Source of the DNA: an archaeon
Lineage (GTDB): Archaea; Nanobdellota; Nanobdellia; Woesearchaeales; GW2011-AR9
DNA: 64,000 nucleotides
Reading direction: 5' to 3'
Assembly (NCBI GenBank): GCA_018697095.1
Contig: JABHSG010000003.1
Span: 20,457 to 84,456, forward strand
In this document: in pieces, positions 28,301 to 37,000 of the stretch
How positions within the stretch are numbered: the first letter of the stretch is position 1
How the letters are laid out: each line of letters begins with the position of its first letter
Translations under genes and position numbers: made by a program
Notes under the pieces: generated by a model
The model's input: the letters and a program-made list of their open reading frames with translations, nothing else
Databases searched by the model: none
What the model was told of the DNA's origin: nothing

Positions 28301-28805
28301 GCTCTACGCATTCATAACGCAAATCCACATATTCACAAAAGTTTCCAACATCACAACATCCTTCACTACACCAATAATTTTGTTCGTCAGCTTCTAATGC
28401 TCTTCCACCAAGTCCTTCACAGATGCTAAGAGAATGATAATCACAATCTACTGAACAAAGAACTTGAGTACATTCATCATAACTACTACAACTAGCGCCA
28501 GGAATAAACATTGCACTAAAATCACATTCAGAATCACTTTCACAATCTGCTTGCGCTTCGGACTCTAATACTCCTACTTGGCAGACCAAGTCTTCAGATC
28601 CTTCACTATAAAGATAACATCCTTCTAAATCAGCTGCATGCCCAAATGGGCTTAAAAAACTTGAAGAAATTACTAAAAATATTCCAAAAAACAAAGCCAT
28701 GGCTAAGAGCAAAAAGCTTCGCTTGGCAATTTCTTGAAAAGCCGTACCATCACCTAAATAAGAGTTACTAAAAAAAGTACTCTTCTCTCGTCGGAATATG
28801 GCCAT
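22302..28805 (-). CDS. giant type-I membrane surface protein (2167 aa)
   Basis: Domains in order: N-terminal signal/TM (FLLLAMALFFGIFLVISSSF), then a Cys-rich head. Three units like GSYSFTNIDPGSYILRVSLDGYSD follow, then ELNWDKP...GYKLELNG, then repeated ...VTCTDDYGNS-type beta-sandwich ends. Next come DSDGDGIANSCD and DTDNDGITDGDEDYDGDGLHNYEEY, a TM (LLFIFGLLMAFSGIGGLIYYY) and a basic tail. The start is set to ATG 28805 because the TATA at 28835 lies inside the track's TTG extension. Confidence 0.7.
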   Translation of the reverse strand: MAIFRREKSTFFSNSYLGDGTAFQEIAKRSFLLLAMALFFGIFLVISSSFLSPFGHAADLEGCYLYSEGSEDLVCQVGVLESEAQADCESDSECDFSAMFIPGASCSSYDECTQVLCSVDCDYHSLSICEGLGGRALEADEQNYWCSEGCCDVGNFCEYVDLRYECVERADQQGLSEDDITLITGSEITPSYCQSSICGVVLEDASLIGFVVDLDGNALSGAEMELSSSISTVSSSDGSYSFTNIDPGSYILRVSLDGYSDVSSSISLDSAEQSELDITLSESGETYTLDGFVFNQAGDLLSSVAICYLGSDGSSDCGSSSSDGSYTFEELAVGTYTFTLTKYGYLSTEVELIVSSHLSENLVIDSIDFQGVSGFTWLDSDGDGELEHDGSESVVYGASIFVDGVLLGNSEYPEGNYEVYLEEGDYTIHATFQDYVSEELFLEVVSGETTDLGLLLSKTIGECSYGEENDQKPVEELFLEVVSGEAELELNWDKPCAEVSGYKLELNGEYYQALSPLATTFIDSDLEWDTMYSYSLWAVYTDGPLGEDGEHEVRLSSSSADASVTLGSSHCEGYAVGEQFCLFDSDSTSSINERKQVYSCDGENNIVAVTDCTALDDSDSSYFCSAISEGSALCKDAGECGVWPQGADPFGLYYESDSCYGEYQEESGYDNFCYYDYSYSIVDACFSCTEVTSCFDYQSEDACGNNNCLGQSCHWIDTSAASVESGEAGTGSSEFLDYSAIFPVTDELGKGYCAPAEEKEIAASSGEFCSLCGSEASLFENNYCMPEVCNSLGSCFSDNDASECLECGDTPNSLSNCYTYSSSLECSGGLDTRISSGLVIGSDDQCSWNVCSWQESSTGAASVDSGEVIHSFFVDTGYCFKDGNGDGVDDCTEFTAGEYSSCQVDVISPQTTVVTDSFEVISTVHSEVSFLTVDQENPLGSFAYCLAPADSPACDDFEYLFYEGLLGEEEILVNLTNSSFILGSIIDGESYLLRYFSLDKYYNQESVLETYVFIDTEEPSYDIEYLAETSADISSLSVYLSNMNEPVSCDFNLEEILPSGSIDEVSTERDSDKEAIFENLLGVIYSLEVTCTDDYGNSHIENEEIVFDLEQDITLIYPEYEGVVSETEIAFSVETAVSSVCTLYDTDSGLSLAAFSADEGGKLHETNSLSGYYEGEYAGNIQVVCLEQLTGDILEDYFFFTIDFTGPDTQIILSEGERSEEPSGFAWEEFFIETAIVGFSCSSDGFECANTYYCLGEGCEYAAADGYTEYVGELLIEQSTEICYYSVDAGGLFGYPDCGEILIEGYGLVLVSPEQYYYEDEIWGVSNTAIFDWAFTTKVDTGICTFDFNDGFDIYSQPAYKTIEAESDNYYVYPDFPGDVLSSYGSSGDVKTLYVACEDYRGEVGPATLMNLEYDPSAPEIGSAYADPDFVTEGIETFLYVNTDDKTVCRFSDLTADESSGEILGSYEYDTMEYGFEGELEGILDLSHISDFEFSFTGAQKNYLLAAQCKNGAGDFSEAVEIEFEVDYSVEGYIAAVSPEGYVLPGEYSLEVETSKNAICEVDGISFEETGGVDHTYALGVLEERDYQYVVSCRIGEVSREAEVIFSVDATAPVIDTVDDGSYSCSLEQVSFFPASLDSDIDLFYYEVYVGDSGIEDESLGELLGENFTETDTGTSDTLVASGSLPFGNSSSVDVSLTENASYFVRVSAQDFVGNLGESVDSDGFIATDPESELCLSDSDEPSVAVTTGVACNQVAVSLDCSDTLGCKEILYGKSGDSSSCVADEIYYGGALSYEGSGWICYSATDSSGNNITGSEIIDFPDSDGDGIANSCDLCGGSSAGSAVDSDGCSFGETKDDDQTDDYDSDGLPDTWEKLFDQTSCEFDYLSRDTDNDGITDGDEDYDGDGLHNYEEYRNGYNPCLSDAPASDDGLDLDDSIDTDYDYGDSTPTSSKGGIAGKLLFIFGLLMAFSGIGGLIYYYTQTLPGKKVVSDTLSGNFGRRQPEARPSINAGASNVGSRRSSGVQGNRGVQVGVETSAAGASPGIFAGLRDKVFGLRRVHEGRRKDKSRTGVFDEFTQETPHLGHFEKHIRSRGASLNRLDKVTDTYSEHREEVRAGLKPHEKSVFDKLDKISNAKANSEGGINSVASKEDAQDIFKKLRKLSDQRKE

Positions 28806-28834
28806 AATTCCTATCTGAAAAGACCCAAAAGGCC

Positions 28835-28846
28835 TATATAAACGTT
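28835..28846 (-). promoter_or_regulatory. BRE/TATA promoter (minus strand AACGTTTATATA) of the giant-protein operon
   Basis: There are 29 nt between the TATA end and the ATG at 28805, implying a near-leaderless mRNA. Confidence 0.55.
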
Positions 28847-28919
28847 CCGACAATAGAGCTCTAAGAAATAGCTAAAAATAACAAACCTACAAAAAAAAAA
28901 TGTTCTAAATCATCAAGGT

Positions 28920-30089
28920 TTACTTCTTTAAAAGTGATTTAAGTTTCTCAAAAGGGTTCTTCTTTTTCTCTATAGCTGCCAACCTTTCATGTAAATCAGA
29001 AATTCTAACATGTGTCTTTGTTTTTCTTTCATGTTTTTTTATCAGCTTAACTAGTTTTTTTGTATCTTCTTTACTAGTAGTGCTCCTGTTTTTTAACTCC
29101 AAATCACTCTCTTTTTCTGAAACGTAACCAGTAAACTCTTCTGCAAGTCTTTGTTTTTTACGTGTAGTGTGAGCATGCTTTGGCAAACCATAATCTGGTT
29201 GTTTTACAAAAAAACTCGCACTTACTTTCTCTTTTTCAACCCCTTGGCCAAAAGATTGCATTTCACGCAAATCCTCGCTTGAATTATTAGACCCAGCAGA
29301 CTTTTGCTTAGCTAATCCATTTCCACCAATTTTTTTATTTTTTCCTTGACTTTTCATGTACAATAATATTAAAATGAATACAATTGCTGCAAATGGAAAA
29401 ACTAAAATCCCTCTCCCAGAACCATTTTTTTCATAAGCGGATTCTTCACTTAATTCCACTTCTACAATCTCTGCACTAGTCCCTTTGCTATATTCGTCCC
29501 CTAGCTCACCTACTTCAAATTCTTCACTAAGTTCTTTTTCAAACTCATAAACACTAAAAATTTCTGTTTCACTAAGTGAGACTTCTTCAGAATATACTTC
29601 TAATACGCATTCCAAACTACAGGTTTCACTTGGGTAAACTTCTTCATATGAATACTTACTAGTGCCTGAATTTTTTGCTGCAATTTGGCACTCCCATTCA
29701 TTACCTAATTCTTGGCAAGAATGTCCTTCGTTTCCTAAAAATCTACAACAAGAACTAGCGCACCAACTTTCTTCTTTCCCGCTTGGGATCCCTCCATAAC
29801 GGCAATCTCCACTCGCAGTTAACTCGCAACTGCTTTGGCACATAATTTCAGTACATTCTTCAAAAAAATTGCAACTTACTCCTGGGAACAAAACATCAAA
29901 AAAACAATCGTCAAATCCAAAACATTCCACCTTTGCTATTTCCTCACTAATTTCTTGACAATAGTACTCTGACTCTGGATGTAAGAAACAGCTTTCATCT
30001 GCAAACACCAAGCTACTCAAAACAATAATTAAAAACACCAAAATTAAAACACTAATTAGGCCTCTTCTCTTGATTCTCCCTTCACCCAT
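28920..30089 (-). CDS. 'mini' paralogue of the giant protein (389 aa)
   Basis: The head CFLHPESEYYCQ...FPGVSCNFFEECTEIMCQSSC...WCASSCCRF aligns with the giant's CYLYSEGSEDLVCQ...IPGASCSSYDECTQVLCSVDC...WCSEGCCDV. The tail motifs SKEDTKKLVKLIKK and FEKLKSLL match SKEDAQDIFKKLRKL and FDKLDKIS. Confidence 0.6.
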   Translation of the reverse strand: MGEGRIKRRGLISVLILVFLIIVLSSLVFADESCFLHPESEYYCQEISEEIAKVECFGFDDCFFDVLFPGVSCNFFEECTEIMCQSSCELTASGDCRYGGIPSGKEESWCASSCCRFLGNEGHSCQELGNEWECQIAAKNSGTSKYSYEEVYPSETCSLECVLEVYSEEVSLSETEIFSVYEFEKELSEEFEVGELGDEYSKGTSAEIVEVELSEESAYEKNGSGRGILVFPFAAIVFILILLYMKSQGKNKKIGGNGLAKQKSAGSNNSSEDLREMQSFGQGVEKEKVSASFFVKQPDYGLPKHAHTTRKKQRLAEEFTGYVSEKESDLELKNRSTTSKEDTKKLVKLIKKHERKTKTHVRISDLHERLAAIEKKKNPFEKLKSLLKK

Positions 30090-30150
30090 AACAAATAAAA
30101 AGTGATTGCAAACTTAAACCTTTTTATCTAATAAGATCTTTTCAAACAAA

Positions 30151-31515
30151 ATGCCAAGGCGATCAAAAAAAGGGATACAAATTGTTAATGCTCTTTTACT
30201 TGCACTTTTACCTGCTTGCGGCCCATGTAACCCAGAATATTCTATTGATTGGTATAAAACTACTAACCAAGTTAAAAGTAGTTCTGCTAATGCAAAAATT
30301 GCAAATGACCAATGCCAAGCAGTTATCCCAGATATCGAAGAAAATCCTCTCACTGTTACTGTAAAAAATTCAGCAGGGTCACCTATCTGTGCTGCGCAAA
30401 TTGGTCATATTTATTCTGATGACCACGATGACCATACGTTTGTAGTGTACTCCTCCTTAGAAAAAGACGAAAATGGAATTATTGTAACAGAAACAAAACA
30501 CACTTTGGCTGTCCTAAGAAATGCTAAAAAAAATAACATAGGAAATATTTCTCCAACTTTAGAAGTTACTCTGCATAGTGCAAACAACTACTACAACTCT
30601 AGAAGACTTAATTCAAATAGAGATGAATTTAAGGTACTAACACCTCTAGTGAAATGGGTAGAAAATCAACCTGACCTTTACGCTGGTTGTGTTGACTTAG
30701 ATGACCCGACTTTCTCTTTAGGCAGAAATACTGGACTATTTTTATATTCAAAAGCAAAAGGCCTAAGTGGCGAAATCTCTGTTCTTGAAACTTCATCTGG
30801 AAGATTATTTGATTGGATTGGTGATGCTGCAAATAGTATTCAAAAAGTTAATGCAAATGAACTAACTGATGGTTACCAAAGCGTAGAAAATTTTTGGATA
30901 ACACCACCCGCAACTGAAGATGATGACAATATCCGCCCAGCCCTTATGGTCAGTTTTGCTAAAGTTCAGCCGTGTGACCCACAAAACAAAAATAGCAACT
31001 CAGATTCTAATACTAATAACGACTCAGCTAGCGACTATTGTGATGGTGCTATTTTCTGTGACCCTTTTAATGGAGCATCTCTTTCAGATAAGTGGACTGA
31101 CTATAACCAAAATACATTAGTAAATAGTGGGTCTGCTTTTTTAGATAATGGTTTAATCTACACAGAAGATTTTCCTTTAGAAACAGATTCATATTCTTTT
31201 GAAACCTCACTAATACCTCACAATGATGGCATTGCAATAAAATTACGTGGTGATACTGGAACAATGTCTGTGTTTTTTTATAGCTCACGTGGGACAATAG
31301 AAATGCCAGACTGTCCTGGTTCTCCTAGAACTTTTTTCGAACTAGACCAATCTGATATGAATGACATTCTAATTGAATCAGATGAAGGTTTAGTTGAAGT
31401 TTTTGTAAATGGATCTTCACTTGAAGAATTGACTACTCGATGTTATGTTGGAGGAACTCCTGACATTGCTATTCGTGGTTCGGGCGCCGTTGATTACATA
31501 GGATTTTGGGATTAA
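30151..31515 (+). CDS. lipoprotein with possible C-terminal LamG/ConA-like domain (454 aa)
   Basis: It has a lipobox LLALLPAC/G and an Asn/Ser-rich linker. The C-terminal beta-rich region reads CDPFNGASLSDKWTDYNQ...GLIYTEDF... This is the only plus-strand gene in the locus. Confidence 0.45.
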   Translation: MPRRSKKGIQIVNALLLALLPACGPCNPEYSIDWYKTTNQVKSSSANAKIANDQCQAVIPDIEENPLTVTVKNSAGSPICAAQIGHIYSDDHDDHTFVVYSSLEKDENGIIVTETKHTLAVLRNAKKNNIGNISPTLEVTLHSANNYYNSRRLNSNRDEFKVLTPLVKWVENQPDLYAGCVDLDDPTFSLGRNTGLFLYSKAKGLSGEISVLETSSGRLFDWIGDAANSIQKVNANELTDGYQSVENFWITPPATEDDDNIRPALMVSFAKVQPCDPQNKNSNSDSNTNNDSASDYCDGAIFCDPFNGASLSDKWTDYNQNTLVNSGSAFLDNGLIYTEDFPLETDSYSFETSLIPHNDGIAIKLRGDTGTMSVFFYSSRGTIEMPDCPGSPRTFFELDQSDMNDILIESDEGLVEVFVNGSSLEELTTRCYVGGTPDIAIRGSGAVDYIGFWD

Positions 31516-31519
31516 AAAA

Positions 31520-33952
31520 TTAAACACACACACCATTTTGGCACTGTCCTTCAAAAACTCCATCATAATTTGAATCACATTCAAAAATTTCATTTGCAAA
31601 AGATGGAAGATTGGAACAGCCCAGTTTCACTGCAAAATTTGTATTCCCCTCATCATCATTTGCTTTAAATTCTGCAGCTAAAAAACTTAAATCGCTTGGT
31701 ACGCTTCCTTGACTAATAAACACAATTGGATTGTCTGAATTCGCATAACTTACTTCACTACACCCCATCTTTCCATGACACCATCCGTTTCTTCCGTTCG
31801 TTTCATCTACAACAAAGCCCCAAGAATCTTTTCCTTCGCAAATATCTGGAATTGAATTTAAATTACATTCTTCATAAGCAGAACTCCCACAAATCATTTT
31901 GTTATTAAAAAGTCGATAATCTGCTCCATCAATACTTGTATCTCCACAAATATTTCCTCGCTCCCCACTACAAACGTCATAGGATTCTTCAAGGACATAT
32001 CCACTATCACTTCCAGTACTAAATCCAATTATTCCACCATAACATCCTGGAACACTTTCATAACAAACATGTTCCAATTCCGCGCCATAAGGCGCATTTG
32101 TATCTGGGTTACAACAACTATGGCCTGCTAAAAAAGGATTAACACGTTCATTTTCTCCTAAATATTCCCCATAGACTGGGCCATTTTCATCATAGGTTTC
32201 TCCATGATAAGGGTAAGCAAATGGGTTAGTCATATTTGTATGTGGGATACAAGCAACTACATTCAAATCCACATAGTCCTCTTCAGGGTCATCGTATTGA
32301 CTACAATAGTCTCTAGAAAACTCCAAAGTCAATCTCCCTGTTGAAGTTACAGTTTCAAAAGATGAGTGCGGCAAATTACTTTCTGCTTGTTTTTTTTTCC
32401 AGTTTTCAATATCATTAGAATAACTATCAATATCGCACCCAAAATGACTTGTCGGCCAAGGAAAACTAAAACAATTTTCACGTTCAGTTTCAAAATTCCA
32501 ATAAAGCCCACTCCATTCTTCAAGGCCAAGACCACCATCTGTATATGACAAACTAGCACTTTCTGTAGCATCTGTAGTCACACTTTCTCCCCCAAGTGCT
32601 ACTCTCACAAAAGTCGGGTCTTCAATACTAACCATTGTTTTACTAGACTGGTCGGTATAACTATATGGATTTTCCACGATAACTTCTGCAGTCATTTCAG
32701 TGTCAATTAATATCTGTACATCTTGCCAATCTAAAAGTCCATGCGAATCACTTGCACTAACTTTAACTTCATAAATATCAGAAACAAATGATTCCTCTAG
32801 TACTCCAGCTTCCATGAAAATTGTTCCATTATCTGCAAGTTCTACATAATACCCTAACGAAGAATCAATTGCACTGGTATAACTAATACTATCATCATCT
32901 GGGTCAAGTGCAAATGGGATTATATCAATCCCTCCTAATTCTGCTTCATGACTTCTAATAACTAGATAATCATATTCACTACAAGCGCGCCTAGACACAT
33001 AATCAAGTGCTGGCGGACGATTTTCAATAGACAAAAAATAACTATAAGGTGAATTTTTCAAAATTATTCCTTCATCTAAATCATAACTAATGATTGTATC
33101 CCCATCACTCCCTTCGACTTCATTAAAAATTGGAGACAATTCCCTATACCTTACTGACTGACGATTTAAAATTTCTTCATTAAAAGGATAAGTTATATTT
33201 TGTGCTTCGTAAATTAACGGCCTAGATACAGCGTGTGTAAAAAAACTTTGAAAATCACTAATATAAAAAAAATCAAAATCTTCTAAATGAAAATAACTCT
33301 CATCACCAACAACTAATTCAAACGGATATAATACTGAAATATCAAACCCTTCAGTTTCAATATCAACTGTTAGTTCCATATCGCCAACAACTAAGTCTCC
33401 AGAATAACTAAGTTCGCTGTTCAAAAATTCTTCAGCGCAAGTTTGTGCCTCTTTTAACATAAAGGCTTGCAAATCTGATTCCACTGTTGAGAGTGTCAAA
33501 GAAGATTTTACTCCAAATTCTGCAAAATCATAAGCACTATATTGACAAAAATCTGGTGCGCTGCTAGTATTTACAGTGCAAGGGTAACTATTAGAATTAT
33601 TTTCGTCTACGTCATAAGTAACCCCAAGGTAAATTTGTTTGTTCTCGCTGCCATATAACACGCCGTTAATCCTATCACGATAAGTTAAACTTCCACCACT
33701 TTGTCCTTCCCAAATTCTGCCTTGCTCACCAAGTAAAATTAATCCTTCTTCTAAGCTATCTTCTAAACAATCAGTTGTAAATATTCGCAAACTTTCTCTT
33801 TCAAATAAAGTACTAACTACATTTTCACTTTCAGTTGCAAGTTCTTCAGTTTGCACCATATTCACAATAAAAAACATAAACCCAGCAGAAGCAAGAAGTA
33901 AAATCCCTAAGATTATGAAAATAGTAACTTGCCCACGATTAGATAACACCAT
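31520..33952 (-). CDS. 810-aa protein with prepilin-like N-terminus and cadherin-like domain
   Basis: MVLSNRG/QVTIFIILGILLLASAGFMFF. The cadherin-like segment is IIPFALDPDDDSISYTS...YEVKVSASDSHGLLDWQDVQILID. The C-terminus is Cys-rich. Confidence 0.5.
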   Translation of the reverse strand: MVLSNRGQVTIFIILGILLLASAGFMFFIVNMVQTEELATESENVVSTLFERESLRIFTTDCLEDSLEEGLILLGEQGRIWEGQSGGSLTYRDRINGVLYGSENKQIYLGVTYDVDENNSNSYPCTVNTSSAPDFCQYSAYDFAEFGVKSSLTLSTVESDLQAFMLKEAQTCAEEFLNSELSYSGDLVVGDMELTVDIETEGFDISVLYPFELVVGDESYFHLEDFDFFYISDFQSFFTHAVSRPLIYEAQNITYPFNEEILNRQSVRYRELSPIFNEVEGSDGDTIISYDLDEGIILKNSPYSYFLSIENRPPALDYVSRRACSEYDYLVIRSHEAELGGIDIIPFALDPDDDSISYTSAIDSSLGYYVELADNGTIFMEAGVLEESFVSDIYEVKVSASDSHGLLDWQDVQILIDTEMTAEVIVENPYSYTDQSSKTMVSIEDPTFVRVALGGESVTTDATESASLSYTDGGLGLEEWSGLYWNFETERENCFSFPWPTSHFGCDIDSYSNDIENWKKKQAESNLPHSSFETVTSTGRLTLEFSRDYCSQYDDPEEDYVDLNVVACIPHTNMTNPFAYPYHGETYDENGPVYGEYLGENERVNPFLAGHSCCNPDTNAPYGAELEHVCYESVPGCYGGIIGFSTGSDSGYVLEESYDVCSGERGNICGDTSIDGADYRLFNNKMICGSSAYEECNLNSIPDICEGKDSWGFVVDETNGRNGWCHGKMGCSEVSYANSDNPIVFISQGSVPSDLSFLAAEFKANDDEGNTNFAVKLGCSNLPSFANEIFECDSNYDGVFEGQCQNGVCV

Positions 33953-34021
33953 CCTTCATAATACTCTCTCATTAAAATAATAATTTAAATTTAATACAAA
34001 TATATTACAACGCCAAACTAA

Positions 34022-37000
34022 TTAATTGTTAGCTTCAATACGCAAGTTAGCAGTTAATTCATTCCACCAAAATTCTGTATTTGTTGCAGTCAAAACCCTG
34101 TATACTCCGTCCGAACTAAGTTCACAATGAACAAGTTCTTTTGGCTCTGCTGGCCATTGATACTCATAGATGTATTCTTCAGGCGCATTATTAATAAAAT
34201 CACAAAGTGGCGACTCAAATCCATCAAATTCCACTGAAACTGTTTCGTTTTCAGACACAATTTCTTGAATTCCCCGAACTGAATAATCTCCTACACTTGC
34301 AATGTAAAGGCGGTTAAAATTTTGAGCTTGCGCTAAAAAGTCTTCACTAAGTTCAGCTTCTGTTGAGCCAAATAAAGAACTAAACCAAGATGTCACTCGG
34401 TCTATTATAGAACTACTAATACTAATTCCTTCTTTTGCATAAATAAGTGAACCAAGTTCACTAGCATACCACATCTCTTCACTACAAGAAATAAATCCAC
34501 TCGCGCCAGTTCCATCGTCACAAAATGTGTCCAAATCAGATACTCCAATCCCTAACGGAATCAAAAATGATTGTTCCTCACTTGCATCCACATTCATACT
34601 TGCTCCAAAAGCTGCAGCATAGTTATCTCCAGATTTATACTTTAAAACGCACACTGCATTAATGCAAGTGTTTTCATCTTGACTAACAAGCCTGCGTCCA
34701 GTTTCGCTATTTTCAAGGGCACTAAAACATACTTCTGTTGTCTCACTAGTACTTGAAGAACTACTCCCGCCTAGTGCAGTTCCTAAGTCTGCGGTTCCGC
34801 TAGATTCTGCGCTAACTTCTCCTGCCAAATAATTAACATAATTGTAATCGTTTTTATCATAATCTACAAATGTATCGTCAAAATAACTACAGTATAAAAC
34901 ATAGTCTTCGCTTTGCGCGAATTCAATAAGTTGTGAAGCTACAAATTTAGTTCTACTAGTCCAGCTACCAGCGTCACAATAATGATCAAGTAAATATTCT
35001 CCATCATTTACGCACGTTGGGTAAATTCCGTCATAAAAGTCTTCAAGTGTTGCTTCGCTACTTGCTCCTTCACTTAAACTACTAGTCACGTAGCATTGCT
35101 CACTTTGTTCACAAAAGCCAAACTCTTCATTATTCCAATCATATTGTGGTTCTAAATGGTTCCAGTCCCCTTCAATACATCGGTAAAATGATTCTTTCCC
35201 AGTGTCCTCTGCTAAATAACTATTTCCTGACATCTCCTCAACGCACGCGTATCCATTATAACACATGTTTTCAGGACAACAAGCGGCTCCAGAACGAACT
35301 GGATATTCTTGATCATATCCACCATCAGCATGTAATTCACCTGCTTCTAAAAGATCGTCTCTTTCTTCCTCACTAAGTCCAACATACCCTTCGCTTGCAC
35401 CCAAGTCATCAACAAGTTGTAAGTAAGGGTAACTATATTCGCATGGGCCAACTACTTCAATTCGTAAATATGAATTCCCAGCTGAAGGAAAATAACTCCA
35501 TTCACTTTCAGAAACCCCGCTAGCAGTTCCATTTTGGTCAACAAGAGTTAAACTAATAGAACTACACTCACTCTCGTCCTGATAACTATAATACTCATTT
35601 TGCGCAAGCGAAATTCTTCCAGAACGTAATATATTTCCAGAATCTACTTCAAAAATTTCATAATCTAATTCACCATATTCGTCTTCAATTAAATTTCCAG
35701 AACTATCAATTAATTGCCAAAAGATTAAGTCTGCACCTTCAGTAGAATCAAAGTCCATGTTTGAGATAAAGTTTCTTCCTGAAACAACGGAACTACTATG
35801 GTTTCTCTGAGTTGCGCTATAACTTGCATCCTTTAATTCAAATTCTGTCTCAGCAGTATATTCTTCAATTTCCGCGTAACCAACTTGACTTATTCCTTCA
35901 TCGCTCCAACTACTTACTAAAAAATTAGAATCAGAATATGAACAATAAAAATTTCCTTGTACACTACAATAACCATAATTTTCTGATAAAACTACGCTTC
36001 CATCTTCAAGTGCAAGTGCCTCTAAATAATCCACTGCATTACATCCATAAAATCCGCCGTTCTCAACTTCTGCGTCATACTCATACAAAACTTGTTGGCT
36101 AATTTCTCGTACACTCACCGCTCCAATTTCATCAAAATTCTGGCTAGCATCATTTGTTACTAAAATTTCTTGCTCAACACCATCAATTTCTGCAACATAA
36201 TACATCTCATAAAGATCCAAATGTTTGTTTGTAATTTTATATGGTGGAAGTCCAGGTAGTGCAAATGTGCATTCTGATTCTATGCAAGGGTAGGAATAAT
36301 CACTATTTGTTTCATTTTCAAAAACACTAATTGTAACTTCTTCTACAGTGCCCATAATCCAAACTTCAAAGTCTTCAGGAAAATCGTCGTCCCAATCAAA
36401 TTCAAAAGTTGTTCCCCTATCTCTTTGGTCATGTGGAGTAAAATAAAATAATTCTACTTCATCTGAATTTCCGCTTTCAAAAGATAATTCTAAACTATAC
36501 TCCCCACCATCAGGAGACAAAACTTCTGATCTTGAGAGAATGTGTTTTCCTAAAAACGCTGGTGAATCATCATAAGAGATATAATCTTCTCCGCTCTTTG
36601 AATCATCTGGACCAATGTAATATTCTTCTTCATGATATCCAATTTGTCCTACAGTTAATGTCAATTCATCAACAGGTCCTAGATACTCCCTATAATCTTC
36701 ACTTCCTTCAGAACAAAATACTTCAAAAGTAGGTAGGTCACCACCATTTGTTTTACATCCTGGATCTCTACTACTACTTCCTGTTTCAGCTATCCTATTA
36801 TCATATTCCTCATCGCACATTCTATCAGAATTCCTTGTAGTCTTACAGTCTAGTTCATCATCCCTATCTGGGCAATCTTCAGCACATTCTCCAGGATTCA
36901 AATCACAAAAATCACTAGTGCTATAATCACAAATCCATTTGAAATTTTCAAGCAAAACAGATCCACTTGCGGAACTAACCCAATTAATAGTTCTGTCTTG

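Noticed and set aside
22806-28853. The track's TTG start at 28853 for the giant ORF, and the many 60-115-aa ORFs on the opposite strand within 22.3-28.8 kb (for example 22504..22737, 23033..23371, 24551..24763)
   Set aside because: The TTG extension contains the BRE/TATA motif at 28835-28846, so ATG 28805 is the plausible start. The antisense ORFs lie entirely inside a long coherent CDS, have odd His/Gln/Leu-rich composition and lack start context, so they are shadow ORFs.
30114-30353. Minus-strand 79-aa ORF and plus-strand 60-aa ORF (30182..30364) overlapping the start of the lipoprotein gene
   Set aside because: They are contained in or overlap the 454-aa lipoprotein CDS and its promoter region, and have no independent support.
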